Assembly: GCA_002245135.1 (NCBI GenBank)
Contig: NGBS01001161.1
Span: 186,001 to 250,000 of the forward strand
Length of the DNA stretch: 64,000 bases
DNA from: Proteromonas lacertae
Lineage: Eukaryota
Direction of reading: 5' to 3'
How positions within the stretch are numbered: the first letter of the stretch is position 1; each line of letters begins with the position of its first letter. Positions 1-13,100 of the stretch are shown in pieces. Both the position numbers and the translations under genes were made by a program. The notes beneath the pieces are model-generated. The model did no database searches and was not told the DNA's origin. It worked only from the letters and a program-made list of their open reading frames with translations.

Positions 1-1
1 A

Positions 2-554
2 ATGAGTAATCCAGATGATAAACCATCCATATTTTCTATGCCTAAACCATTGAGATTGACAGAATCTGAACCAATTTTGAAGAAATTAGAGAGAAGAGAG
101 TTGAAGTTAATACAGGAAGATCATTATCCTCTTAAAGATTTAGATAATACACAGAATGAGACAGTTAGACTTCTACTAGAAGAAAATGCTGAATCAAATA
201 TCCCTTTTTGTTATTTTTAATGATTTATATTTTTTCTTAATAACATTCTACTAGCTAGATATAAAGAAAGGTACAATAAACCATATATTCCAACATTAGC
301 ATTGTCATCTAGATCATTAAATATGAAATTAGCGCAAGAGAAAAAGAAAGAATTTGATGTATATTTTAATTGTATATTTTTACATAGAAAAGTGTTACAA
401 TGAAGAGGTCAAAAGTATTACTATCATTTTATTATTATTTTTTTAGAGTAACTACATGGAGCCTATTGTTGGTAATAAGAAAAAGACGATAGAAGAGATA
501 GTTGAAGAGAGAAATCTTCAAAAAATGGAGCTAAGTACGCAACAGATGTGTTAA
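2..554 (+). CDS. Hypothetical protein, possibly 5'-partial; 3 introns, the first U12-type
   Basis: Frame is continuous after removing 198-251 (AT-AC) and two GTAT...TAG introns (~359-387, ~415-447); ends ...STQQMC-TAA at 552-554. No family recognised. Confidence 0.65.
198..251 (+). other. U12-type (minor) intron, AT-AC, 54 nt
   Basis: 5' ATATCCCTTTT; branch TTTTCTTAAT; 3' ...TTCTAC. Removal gives ENAES-I-ARYKERY and eliminates the stop at 218-220. Confidence 0.8.
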
Positions 555-667
555 AATAGTGTGATACAATATAATTATTTAATTATTTATGCGCATGTAT
601 TATTTACCCTAATCAACAATAATATTAATCTAATTGCATATAAATATTCTATCCTAATCTTTTATCA

Positions 668-931
668 CTAAAATATATCATCTTCAGGTTCACCCGTAGG
701 AGTAAGATATCTAAATCCGTCTTCGTCTACACTTTCTTCAGGCATTGGAGAGGATATGTTTTGATTCCTTGTGACATTTGTCTTATTTGTTTTAGTCTTT
801 TTTAGAGATTTTTTCTGGTGTTGCTCTATTATTTTGTCTACACCTTTGGCAAATTGAATTTGTAGAGACCTACAATGAATAAACAAATACTTTTAATACT
901 CAGCATCTAAAAGAGTGTTGATGTTAGACAT
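668..931 (-). CDS. Small hypothetical protein (~77 aa), 1 intron
   Basis: ATG at 931 (MSNINTLLDAE), GTAT...TAG intron ~870-899, joins ORF 668..886 (SLQIQFAKGV...EPEDDIF*). Confidence 0.55.
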
Positions 932-1189
932 AAATATGTATGTTACAGAGATAGAGAACCTATCTTAAAAATAAGAATAAAGAATAACAAAATGATTGGT
1001 CAAATTCATTTTAAATCAAGCCAAGCATTAAAACGAATAAATTGATTAAATCATCTATTCTTCTTTGAATCGAATAAAATACATTCATAAAACATTATTA
1101 ATTGATAATCTTAAATCAATACTCATAATAAATACTTATCAATAAACAATAAAATAAAAACAATAAATAAATAATAATATAATCTTATT

Positions 1190-2412
1190 CTACACAAATT
1201 CAGAAACATTCATTGGCATTTCATCAATTTCAGTTCCATAATACTGTTCAATATCAGCCAATACTTTCAAATCTTCATTAGTAGCAAAATTAATAGCAAC
1301 ACCTTTTCTACCAAATCTACCACTTCTACCTATTCTATGTATATATAATTCTCTACTACTTGGTAAATCATAATTAATAACTAAAGATACTTGTTGTACA
1401 TCTAAACCTCTCCCCCATACATCTGTTGCTATTAACACTCTACTTTCACCTCCTCTGAATTTTATCATTATTTCATCACGTTCATTTTGAGGCATTCCTC
1501 CATGCATTGTACAAACTGTGAAATTAGCTTCTCTCATCTTTTCTCCTAGCCATTCTACCTTTCTTTTGGTATTACAGAATATTACAGCTTGTGTTATCGT
1601 TAATGTATCATATAGATCACATAATGTATCAAATTTCCATTCTTCTTTTTCTACACTTACGAAATATTGTTTTATTCCATCCAATGTTAATTCATCACGT
1701 TTTACTAATACTTTCACTGGATTATTCATGAAATTATTGGTGATTTCTAATACTTCATTTGGTAATGTTGCTGATACTAATACTACTTGTGTATGTGGAG
1801 GTAAATATCGATATATATCATATATATGATCTTTAAATCCTTCATTTAACATCTCATCTGCTTCATCTAATACTAACATCTTTATATTCCTTGTTCGAAG
1901 GTTTCTTCTTTTAATCATATCAAATACACGACCAGGAGTACCTGATACTACATGTACACCACGATCTAAGGTACGAATATCATCAGCAAGACTTTTACCA
2001 CCAATACAAGAATGACACTGTACGTTCATATAATCACCTAAAGCTAATAGTACTTTTTGTGTTTGCTCAGCTAATTCACGTGTTGGAGAAAGAATTAATG
2101 CTTGAGTTTCTGACAATGAAATATCTATACTTTGAAGAATTCCTATACTGAACACTGCTGTTTTACCTGTACCAGATTGGGATTGTGCTATTACATCACG
2201 ACCTTTTATTATTGGTAAGATTGCTCTTTGTTGAATGGCTGATGGTTTTTCAAAACCGTATGAATAAATTCCTCTTAGTAAATCTTCTTTTAAACCCATA
2301 TCACTAAAACCTGAAACTACTTGAACATCTTTAGTTGTCTCGAATTCAAGTTTATTATCATCAGAACGTAATCCTAATGTATTAAAAAATAGCAAAATAT
2401 ACCTCCAGACAT
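1190..2412 (-). CDS. EIF4A3: DEAD-box RNA helicase eIF4A-III (exon junction complex core)
   Basis: Motifs [45 protein letters not shown], plus eIF4A3-specific [26 protein letters not shown] and [17 protein letters not shown] at 2412, one intron. Confidence 0.95.
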
Positions 2413-2518
2413 TTGAAATTGTTTATAGACAGTTAAAAATGATTTTAAATAAACAAGAAATATATTTCTTGATTATCAACAATAAAAAGAATCACTATAG
2501 CACAGCATTTTGAACCTG

Positions 2519-2534
2519 TCAAGCCAAGTTTATT
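2519..2534. promoter_or_regulatory. Putative promoter motif TCAAGCCAAGTTTATT in the EIF4A3/RPL17 divergent gap
   Basis: Identical 16-mer recurs at 5267-5282 in another divergent promoter; shorter TCAAGC/GCTTGA cores occur upstream of several other genes. Confidence 0.55.
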
Positions 2535-2617
2535 GTGAATGGAATTGCCATTCAAAATTATTAATGCATTTAATAATAAATTGTTACTCCGATTTCATTT
2601 GAGTATAATTAAGAGGA

Positions 2618-3400
2618 ATGAAATATAGGTATATATAATGATTCTAAATATAAGTTCTATATCTGCTATTTCTATTCTTTTTGTTGTAATACTAAATATA
2701 CTTATTGGCCACTTTAATCTCTATATCAACTAATTATAAATAGTATTAAACCTGAATCATTAGGAGCTGGTGTTAAAGGTATTTTAAATATTTATAAACA
2801 CATTAGTCTGCAAAGCACGTGGTGATTACGTTTCAGCACATTTCAAGAAATGTTATGAAGTAGGAACAGCACTCAGAGGAATGACCTTAGATAGAGCTGA
2901 TACATATTTAAATGATGTCATTAAACACAAAAATGCTGTAGCATTTAGAAGATTCAACACTGGTATTGGTCATCATGCTCAAGGACACATTTTACATGCT
3001 CCAGCTAATTCTGTATGCTGGCCAGAATCTGCATGCAAAGCTTGGTTGAACATTATTGCTAATGCTAAAGCTAATGCTGAAGTATTTTATTATATTAATA
3101 ATATAAAATCAATAGTCAAAAGGTTTAGAACAAGGAAAAGTAACCATCAAGCATTTACAAGTAGTAAGAGCACCATTAACAAGAAGACGTACATACAGAG
3201 CTCATGGTAGAATTAATGGTATAAATAATTAAATAACATATTTTCAAATAGCATTCCAAAACCATCCATGCCACATTGAAATAATCTGTGCTCAAGAAGA
3301 CGAAAATGTACCAAAACCAGCTGGTAAAGCTGTAAAGAGAATTAGCAGAAAGAGAATTGCTCAATTAAGACTTGGAAAAATCCCAGAAGGTAAACATTAA
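2618..3400 (+). CDS. RPL17: 60S ribosomal protein L17 (uL22), 4 introns
   Basis: Spliced product MKYSIKP...[19 protein letters not shown]...WPESA...NAKANAE...[24 protein letters not shown]. First intron 2629-2743 is 115 nt. Confidence 0.95.
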
Positions 3401-3497
3401 ATATGATAATTAATCGAATCGGAGTTATTACTTTTATTTGTGTTTTTATTGAGAGAGTGTGTATATATCACAAATATAATAAATGTAAATAAAAAAA

Positions 3498-4379
3498 TTA
3501 AGATAATAAATCATTGTAGTTCATTATTCGCAATGCACCATCTTTCGTTCCATATATCAATCCATAACCTATTAAAGGATTAAATGTAGCCATATTCACA
3601 CCATCAGTTCCACTATTAATACAACTTTCAATTTTATTACTCTTTAAGTTCAAAAATCGAACTACTTGTGAGGATGGTTTTAAACTTTTTACTTGGAATG
3701 ATAATAAGGCAACTGACCTACTTGGTGACATTTTAACACATGTGATTTCACTTACATCTGATGGTAGAGAGAGTTAAAATAAAATAAAACATAGAAATTC
3801 TTATTAAAAAAGATATGTTTCAATTCATATTGATATATAATTTTTCCAAACCATCTGTTACTCAAATCAATTAAACAAACAGCAGCTTTATCTTTTTCGT
3901 TTCTATTTTCATGCATAAACGAAATATTTTGAGGAACATAATTTGTATTACTTCTAAAATAATATCCTTCATAACTATTTCTTGAATATGCTGTAGTATT
4001 ATAATTATTAGGATAAACATATGATTTAACTCCTGATGGCTGTGACATGTATCCACTACTGTTAATATTATTACTAGCAGCAGTAGAAGGATTTATTGCA
4101 GCTGTATTATTCAATGTAAAGCCATAAGCACTAATATTTCTACTGTTAAATCCACTATTTGTAATGCTGGATGGAGATGGAGGTCTATGCATCTTATTCT
4201 TCAATTTACTATTATTATCATTATTATATATATATATATATATAAATACACTGTAGCTAATAATAATTTACCACCTTCATCAAAATCAACACCTCCATTG
4301 TTGTACAATACAATTAAAAATGGTAATTTATTTGAAGTTATTTTTTCGATTTTATCAGTAGCTTGCTATATAACAAATA

Positions 4380-4412
<33 letters not shown>

Positions 4413-5241
4413 CTCTATAACTCAGTTCACATACATAGCCAGTAGCATATATATTAACATTATTCGTCCGATTATTATGTGGAGATGCAAATGCATAAAA
4501 CATTTTATTTCCATCTATACTAAATAACACAGCTCTCATTTGATCATTATTAAGATTATTTGTAGGATTTGATAAAAATGTATTAGGAACTGGATTTGAA
4601 GATGAGTTGTTATTTATTAATGGATAATAATTGTTTTTTCTTTCATAATTCCAAAGTAAGATCTTATCTTTTATACATACAGCTACGTGTGGTCTTATTG
4701 GGTGAAATGCTAAAGATATAATGTTTTCTCCAAATAAAAAGTTGGATATAATCACATCTCTTTTCCAATCCCAGATTATTAACAATCCTGCTAAACATCC
4801 TGATGCTATTAAATTTTCTTTAATTGGATGGAATGAGCATGCCCATGGTGTCCTTGCATGTTGCCTTAGAACCTATATAAAAGAATGAGAAAAGAATATA
4901 CTTTGTGAATTTGGTGTGTCTCTACAAACCCCACTTTTACAGTATGATCACCATGTGTAGATGCAAAATATCTTCTATAGAAAATAGTAAATGTAATCAA
5001 TGTAAAAAAATTATACCCGCTTCTTGAATAAGCCACGCATATCGTCGACCTTGTATCATTAGGGCGTAATACATATTTTTTATCAAACTATTATATCATT
5101 AACGTATATGCTATTATACAGAAGTAAAAGTAAGCTTTTCTGCTGTTTCCTTCAATTTTTGTGGCATATACTATAGATATTAGACCTTGGAATATATACA
5201 TTGCCTTTTTCTGCACCTAACAGCAGTTTATACACCGACAT
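3498..5241 (-). CDS. AMBRA1-like WD40 / DCAF protein, ~7 introns including one U12-type
   Basis: Spliced motifs FASTHGDHTVKV, HARTPWACSFHP, ASGCLAG, ITCVKMSP and C-terminal VNMATFNP..GYGLIYGTKDG are typical of AMBRA1 homologues. Confidence 0.8.
3764..3816 (-). other. U12-type (minor) intron, AT-AC, 53 nt
   Basis: Minus strand: 5' ATATCTTTTTT; branch TATTTTAAC; 3' TCTCTCTAC. Joins YQYELK-P-SDVSEITCVKMSP in frame. Confidence 0.85.
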
Positions 5242-5266
5242 TTTTAATTTTAAGAAGAAATCAAAC

Positions 5267-5282
5267 TCAAGCCAAGTTTATT
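5267..5282. promoter_or_regulatory. Putative promoter motif TCAAGCCAAGTTTATT in a 60-nt bidirectional gap
   Basis: Identical to 2519-2534; lies between ATG 5241(-) and ATG 5302(+). Confidence 0.55.
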
Positions 5283-5301
5283 TTCATTTGAATTTCAGTT
5301 T

Positions 5302-8300
5302 ATGTCAAATGTATTCGCTCATTTATATATTCTAGTCATCTCTGATTGAAAGTATTGTATTATCAAGGGATATTCCAGTATAAACTTGAATTTTAAATCA
5401 CAATAGACCGAATTTAAACTAGCGAAAGCAATACATGATGATTTGGAAGCAAAAGATAATAGTAATTATTCCCAACAACTTCTAGAAGCAGTAGGACCAG
5501 ATATTTTCGACCAGTTTGTTAAGTATATATTTTATTGGACTATAATTATTTTAGATATTTATTTCAAAGACGTTATGGATGGTCTGAGTATTACGAGGGA
5601 AGTGAAGGAGATCCGTCCAATCCACGAATACCAAAATCACATATTTCTGACACATTGACTAAAGCGAATAAATCAGAATTTAACGACATTTTAGATTATT
5701 TAATATCGTATATTTCAATTCTTTTTATACCGTAAAATTTATTAGATTAATTGGACAATTACCACTTACACCAATAGTCATTAGCGCAATAGAATATACA
5801 GTTTTAAATTGTACGAACTGTCCTGTAGCACGCCAACAAGCTTATTTAACTATATACAATTGGGCAATAAAATCATTCGATGTTGATTTTACTGATAGTG
5901 GTTATGTATTTCCTTATGAAGAATTTAAATGTATTATACTATTATCAATAAGTGATGTATGGTCTCCAACTCGTAAAAACTGTATAAGAAAACTACACGA
6001 ATTAATTGACAATTTTGATGAAAATAAACTGAGAAATCTTTATATCAGTTTCATTGATCTTTATAATCAAAATAACAATGGCAATAACCAACAACCATTA
6101 CCTCTGCAGCAGCAACAACAACAACAACAACAATCTATATCATCAATAATAACTCCCAAATTAATTCGTTCTAATTCAACGTCATCTAACAACAATAACA
6201 ATGATTGGAGAATAAGAGAAGGTTGTATAATGGGGATGGGAATAATCATTAAATCATACAGAATATTGAAAATATCAACAAAAGATAATACATCTGAATA
6301 TAAAATATGTCTAGGAACTGATGTTTATAATGTTGTTCCAACCTATATTGCTGATAATGAAGATATTCTATTAACAGCTATACAAGATCAACAACAATCA
6401 GTTCGTGAATATGGAGTTAAGACTATAACATTATATCTGAATAGAACTTCTATAATATCATCTGATAATATTAGTATATGCCATTTAATGTTATTAAATA
6501 TTACAAATAATCAATTGTTACCCATTATTTATAAACAAAGGAAGAGTGTTAATTATATTGAAGAACCTTATAAAACAGAAGGATTAATACAATTATCTAT
6601 TGTATTGATTAAATATTTGAATCTTGAGTTTATTAATAAAAATTTTGAAGTTTTATGGAATGTATTTTGTATATTTTTATTTGATAATGCAAGTACAGTT
6701 AGACAAGCCGTTTCAGAATGTATAGTTATTATTGTTTTATATATATATATATTATATAGTGTTTGTTCAGTTAATGACTAAAGATATGGATGCTAATTTG
6801 TTTTTACATTTTTTCGATTGTCTTGTAAGATTTTGGGATATCAATAAAGTAATAGTTTTGAATAGTTTAAATTCACCAACTTCACCAAAAGATATAATGA
6901 AAGAAGAAGAAGAAGAAGATGATGATGATGATGAGAAAGTAGTTAATGAAATCAATTTGAATGAAAATCAAATTTGGCAAAAGAAAGAAGGGATTTTATT
7001 ATGTTATGAATTAATATTCAAATACTTAATAAAGTCTCATAGTAAAATATATTATAAAGAAATAAAGAAATTACAACAACAACAACAACATAAAGAAAAA
7101 GAAAAAGATAATAGTGGAATAAATACTTCAATATCTTTTTTTAAAAGAGAATATATATATATATCAATATTATTTCTCTTAATTCATATTTTAAATAGGT
7201 AATATATCAGGTATAGAAAGTTGTCCAGGAAGTAGTAAAATAAAGCGAAAAGTATTAGCTTCAACAACATCACCGATATCAACAACAACCAGTGTAACAT
7301 CACCTGAAAATAATGTGAATAGTGTAACAAACACACCAGAAACAGCAAATAGAGTATTATTTACATCTCCAAGTATTGAACGAATTGTACATGAAAGAAA
7401 GAATAGTTTATTTAGTGAAGAAATGAGATCTCCTTTAAATCCAACCAATAGTTCAAGTAATAGTAACTTTAATAAATCATTATTTATGCTGATATATTCA
7501 AAATATGATGATTATGTATTATTTACTGATAATCTTAGTATATATATATATATATATTATTCTATAGGAACTATTTATCATCAAGTTGAAGATTGTATTT
7601 CCTCAAACAGTAGGTTTGAGTTAAAAAGAATGGGTGAGCAAGATTTACCATTATTAATAACAGCATTATATCATATCTGTCCAAAAATAATATTTGAATA
7701 TTTTAACAATATTATATCAACTCCAATACCTCCAACATCTGTTAAAAGTCAAACACCATTAGTTACAAATAATAAATATATATGTTTATTGAAATCGATA
7801 GATACAATATTAGAATATAACGCTAGTAATAAAAATATAGATTATGAAACTCATTATCAATCAGATTATTATTATAATATTCATATAAAAAGTAAAAATA
7901 TGAATAGAAGACATGAGAATGGTAATAATAATAATAATAATGATGATGAAGAAGAAAGTGATGAAGATGATGGTGATGATGATGATATTTATATATCACC
8001 TGTATATATTTATATATTTATGTATTTAATAGTATAATTTATTCAAGAAATATATTCCTCAGTTTCTTATTAATTTTGATAATTTGCTATGTAATGCTCC
8101 TTCTGATACTATTAGTTTAATGACATCTCACATTATTATATTATTATATTATTATTATTACAATAATCAACAACAACAACAACAACAATCTGTAGAAATG
8201 GATGATGATGATAATGTAGTTGTGATAATCGATGAGAAATTAAAAGAAAAACAAATCAATTTCATTGTAAAGAAGTTAGTAAAAATTGAAACTATAAGAA

Positions 8301-9262
8301 AAAGAACTTTAAAAGATCCAAAATCTGTATATTTATATATATATTTATATATTATTTTATATATTATTTAGACTGAATTATTAAAAAGAAGAATCAATCT
8401 TCTATCTAAACTTTGTCATGATACTTTCAAGCCAAATAATTTATATATTCTCCTCTCAATTCTACCTATCAATTTAGTATTGAGTTTACTTCCCATATTT
8501 ACTCAATGGATTGTAGATATAGAAGAAACAGTTGATGAAATTGAACTATGTAAATATATTTATAATTATCTATACCTTATATCCCTCTATTCACCTTTAC
8601 ATCATATCGAATGTAATGAAGATGGAATGAAACACTCAAACCATCCTCAAGCTTTTCCTAATCCACCAACAATATCTATTACTCCCATTCCAGATATTGA
8701 TGTTAATAATAATAATAATAATTTATCACCAAGTAGTGATTTTTCATATTATTATAATGTAAATAAGAAAAACCATTTGATTCCATCAACTGAAGAAATA
8801 TCATTGTTATTATCACCATCAGCTACTTTTCAAACCAACTTCAAACCTTTTTTATTATATTTAGAACCACAGGAGTTAGATAGGAATACTGATTTTATTA
8901 GATTACTAAGAACCAATCAAAATAGAGATATTATAATGAAAGAAATAGAAAATGGAAATATAGAGAATTATATTGTAGAAATAGTAAATACATTAAATGG
9001 AATAATTGAAAATAAGAGTAACATAGATACAAGAGTATTAAAATACATATTGTCAGTAATGAAATTAATAACAATCATTGCTTTTGATTATAGATATTTA
9101 ATAAAATTCATTAAGAGTCTATTGAACAGAGTAAAAGCTAGTTTAATTAAACTGAAAGCAAATAAACAAAAATCAACTAAATCAACTAAACTTGGAGGTG
9201 AAGTTGAAACGGCTTTATATTTAGTATCTAATGATATTACTCATACAATAACTAACAGTATA

Positions 9263-9296
<34 letters not shown>

Positions 9297-9911
9297 ATTA
9301 TGTTGAAATAGATGACATAATTAGTGAAAGTGATACAGAAATTAACAATCAGAATAACAGCAGTATTATCATTAAAAATGATAAGAATTATAACAAAACT
9401 AAAGATACATCAAGTACACTCAACAAAAGTGGAATTATTAAAGCATCTGATACAATGAGTAATGATAAAAAAGATAGTGATTCTGATTATGAATCAGATG
9501 ATGATAAAAATAAAAAGAAGAAGAAAAATACAGATGATAATGATGATGATGATGATGATGATGAAACGAATGATTTTGACGAAGATTCTGATTCTGATAA
9601 TTGGGATGATTGGTCTGATGAAGAAGTAAGTGATACATTTTTGAATGATACTAAAGAATTCTTTAATCAGCTGTTAAAAGTTTTTCCAGTTGTAAACGAA
9701 GAGACTGTGAATAAAAATATAAATAGTAAAAGGATTGTATATGAGAGAGAGGATATTAGTTTGAAGGAATTATGGTGTAAAAGCATAGTGAAATATGTGC
9801 CTGTTGAATTCATTGTATTTTATTATATTTATTTATTTATTGTATGAATAGTTTGAAAGCTTGGATGTAGAAGAGAAATGCGTTTATGATGACTTAGAAT
9901 GTTTAATATAA
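5302..9911 (+). CDS. Large HEAT/ARM-repeat-like protein with low-complexity N/Q/D tracts, ~11 introns
   Basis: Exons splice into one frame; HEAT-like motifs WRIREG, D.ASTVRQA, WQKKEG.LL; ends DDLECLI-TAA at 9909-9911. Confidence 0.65.
7131..7194 (+). other. U12-type (minor) intron, AT-AA, 64 nt
   Basis: 5' ATATCTTTTTTT (phase 0); branch TTTCTCTTAAT; 3' ...TTTTAA. The nearby AGs ending at 7198, 7210 and 7216 all give frameshifts. Confidence 0.72.
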
Positions 9912-10179
9912 TCTTTTTTTATTAAATGTATTAATTACAATTTAATATATATTTATGTAATTTTGAAAGAATAAACTACACAATAGAAATACTTTATTAA
10001 AATATGAGAAAATTTCATTTCTTTTCAGATGCCACATGTGTTTTACTGTGTATGTTATTAACAAAAAGTCTATAAAGAGTGGTAATGAGTTGGTAATAAC
10101 GACAAAAATGGAAATGCCAATATTGGATGAAACGAATATAAAAACGATTATAACTGTTGATCAAAAATTGGCTATTTTG

Positions 10180-13100
10180 ATGGATTTCACGCTTATCAGT
10201 ATACATGTGTCGATATATATCATAGAATTTATATTTGCCATTTATTTTCTTGGGATGTGTGAAGGAAGGATGTTTAGGAATGTAGATTTAAGAAAATCAC
10301 AAAAAGTGGGGGTTTTAAGAGAAGCAGATAATATTGAAATTACTAATTTGTCGTTTGGAGCTTTTACTAATTCTGGTAATGTTATATATTTATGCTCTCA
10401 TGAGAATATTGCTGTAATAGATAGAACATACTGTAAATTCTGTAAATTTGTTTATACTTACAAAGGTACATATGACAAAACAACTGAAACATACACTTTT
10501 AGTAATCTTGTTTTAGATGAAGAAAAATCATTGTTCTATATTGGTTTTTCATCCTGTAATTTACCAGAAAAGGAGTATAAATATAGTGAATTAAAGAAAT
10601 GTCGTTATGCTCTTACATACAAAAATAGTAAAGAACAACCATTACCAAAGAAAATATTAAAAGGTGAGTTATATTTTGTTGGACAATCTGAACAAGCAAA
10701 AAAAGTAATTTCTCGTATGATCATAGTTTATATTATTATTTAGTAAATAATGATGATGTGAATTATAGGATTAAGTATAGCCACTATGCAGTTTACAATG
10801 CTACACTTGATAATATGTATGGTTATAGTAGAGATTATATGCAGTATAATACTGAATTAGGAATATATAATAATTTAACAATGATTATAGCAACTGCAAT
10901 GAATTATTCAAGAAGAATTGGATATATACCTGATTATAACCTACATATTGATGCAATAGAGATGTATAAAACAGAACAACGTGGAAAAGCAGTAGTATTA
11001 CATCAACCATATTCTGATGAAGTAAATCCAGTATATTGTTATACGGAAAAATGTGATTACTTAGGAGTATATAAAGGATGGGTTGGTTTTTATACTGGAT
11101 TTTTAGGTTTTAAGCCAGAACCAAAGGATGAAGTCAGAAAGAGATTAGATGCAGATATGAAATATATTAGACAGGAAATAAGAAAAAATTATAAAAGTAA
11201 ACTAACAAACAAAAGAATATTAGAAAATGAAAAGAGAAGTTTAGCTGGAGATAAAGGGCTGTATTATGAAGAAGAATTTCGTAATGCCGATATTTATCAT
11301 TCATATATTATACAATCAAATAAATTGACAGTGTTGTCATATACAATAGTAAATAATGTTATTGAAGGTTTAATAAAAACTGTATATGCTATACCTAGTA
11401 ATAATGTTATAAATTCAAACGAATATGATAATACAAAAAGTACATATGAGTCAAGCTCTTTTAAAAAATGTAAAACACCTACACTGTTGAAGTATTGATT
11501 AAAATTATTTAATATATATAGGGATGTTAAAACGAAATGTGAATCAGATGCATATAATTATGTGAGCAGAGTTGTTAATGATATTTCATACACTATTGAA
11601 ATAAAAGGGATGAAAATGACATTGAATAATTATCAGAAAAAAGAAGTTGATTTAAAGGAAATGAGTATATATAATAATAATATAAATGAATAGATGGTGA
11701 TGATTTAAGAATGATTATTGAGAAATCTACAGTTAATACAATTGCAATCCCAACAAATAAATGCTTAACTGGAAATATTTTAGATAATAAACATGAACAA
11801 ATGGTTAATATAACTTCAGTAGAGAATGGGTTATATGAATCTTTTGTTTCATTTGATGAACAATTTCCAGCATATATGAATTCAGAATTATCTATGAAAA
11901 ATAGCATTAAATATAATAAGTCTGAAAATAGTGTTTATGGAAGTAATTATTATGTTGCAACTACTAATGATTTAAAAAAATACAATAAAGCATTTGTGTT
12001 TAATGATAATAGTTTTTATTTGGTACAAGGATTTGTAGATTTGATAGATTGCAAAGTTAATCATGATTCACAAATTACAAAAGCTTTGAATAATTATAAT
12101 GAAAATGCATATTCTATGGATTTGCTTTTCAATAAACAATTACCAGGAGGAAGTGATACTCCAGATGATGATAATAATAGCGGTAATAAACCTACTACTT
12201 TAAAACCGACTCTTCCTACATTGAGATGCCCTTATAAGAAAGGATCCTACAGATTCATTAATAGTGGAGATACTTATGATATAAGTCCAATTCCTGTTGC
12301 TAATACTCTAGTCACATACAATATAGATTGTAATGATACTGTAGAGAAATCTGACAATGGAATCATACAGTACAAATCAGATAAAATTAAAACAATAACC
12401 TGCAAAGTAAACTGTTCTGCTGAAGGATATAATAATGGAATAACAAATATTATTATAAAAACAATAGATTATAAGCCAACAGTTTCAAGAATATTATATC
12501 CAGCAATGGTAAATAAAAGTTCTATGTTTGATGCATCAATTACATTAAAATATCCAACAATAGACAATTTGAATGACACTGATGATGAAATGCTGATTAC
12601 AAAAAAAGATATCACCTTTAAATTGTCATTAGAAAATAATGATTATGGACTTCAGCTATATCCTGAAGAAGGAAAAAAGACTGAAAAAGAATTATTTCAA
12701 TTTAATAATTTTTACATTAATAGCAGCAATAATGATGAAGGTCAATTTTATTTAACTCTGAAATTTGAAGGATTAAGTGAAGATAAAAATATAAATATAA
12801 CAGAGAGTGGTACTATTAAAGTAATGAATCTAAACGAATGTAATGAAAAGTTTGGTTTTGATGCTCAACATGATTGTTGTAAAAGAGAAAGTCCAGGTGA
12901 ATTATGCAGTAATGTAATTACACTTTATAAATTTGATGTTGCTGGTGGTGATGAAAATAATTTTGCAATGCTAAGAACTAATTTCGTAGGATTAATAGGA
13001 AAACTATTCAATGGAACACATTTTTTCAGGTATGATGTAAGTGAAAATGATGATATTAAAAATTACAAAATACGAATATCTGTCAGATATATTGGTGATA

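Noticed and set aside
2629..2743. Intronic C/D-box snoRNA in RPL17
   Set aside because: No RTGATGA plus CTGA pair is visible; kept only as a long-intron observation.
4226..4412. (TA)n and (TAT)n runs as a repeat array or mobile element
   Set aside because: Simple microsatellites inside introns throughout the window; no spacers, terminal repeats or transposase.
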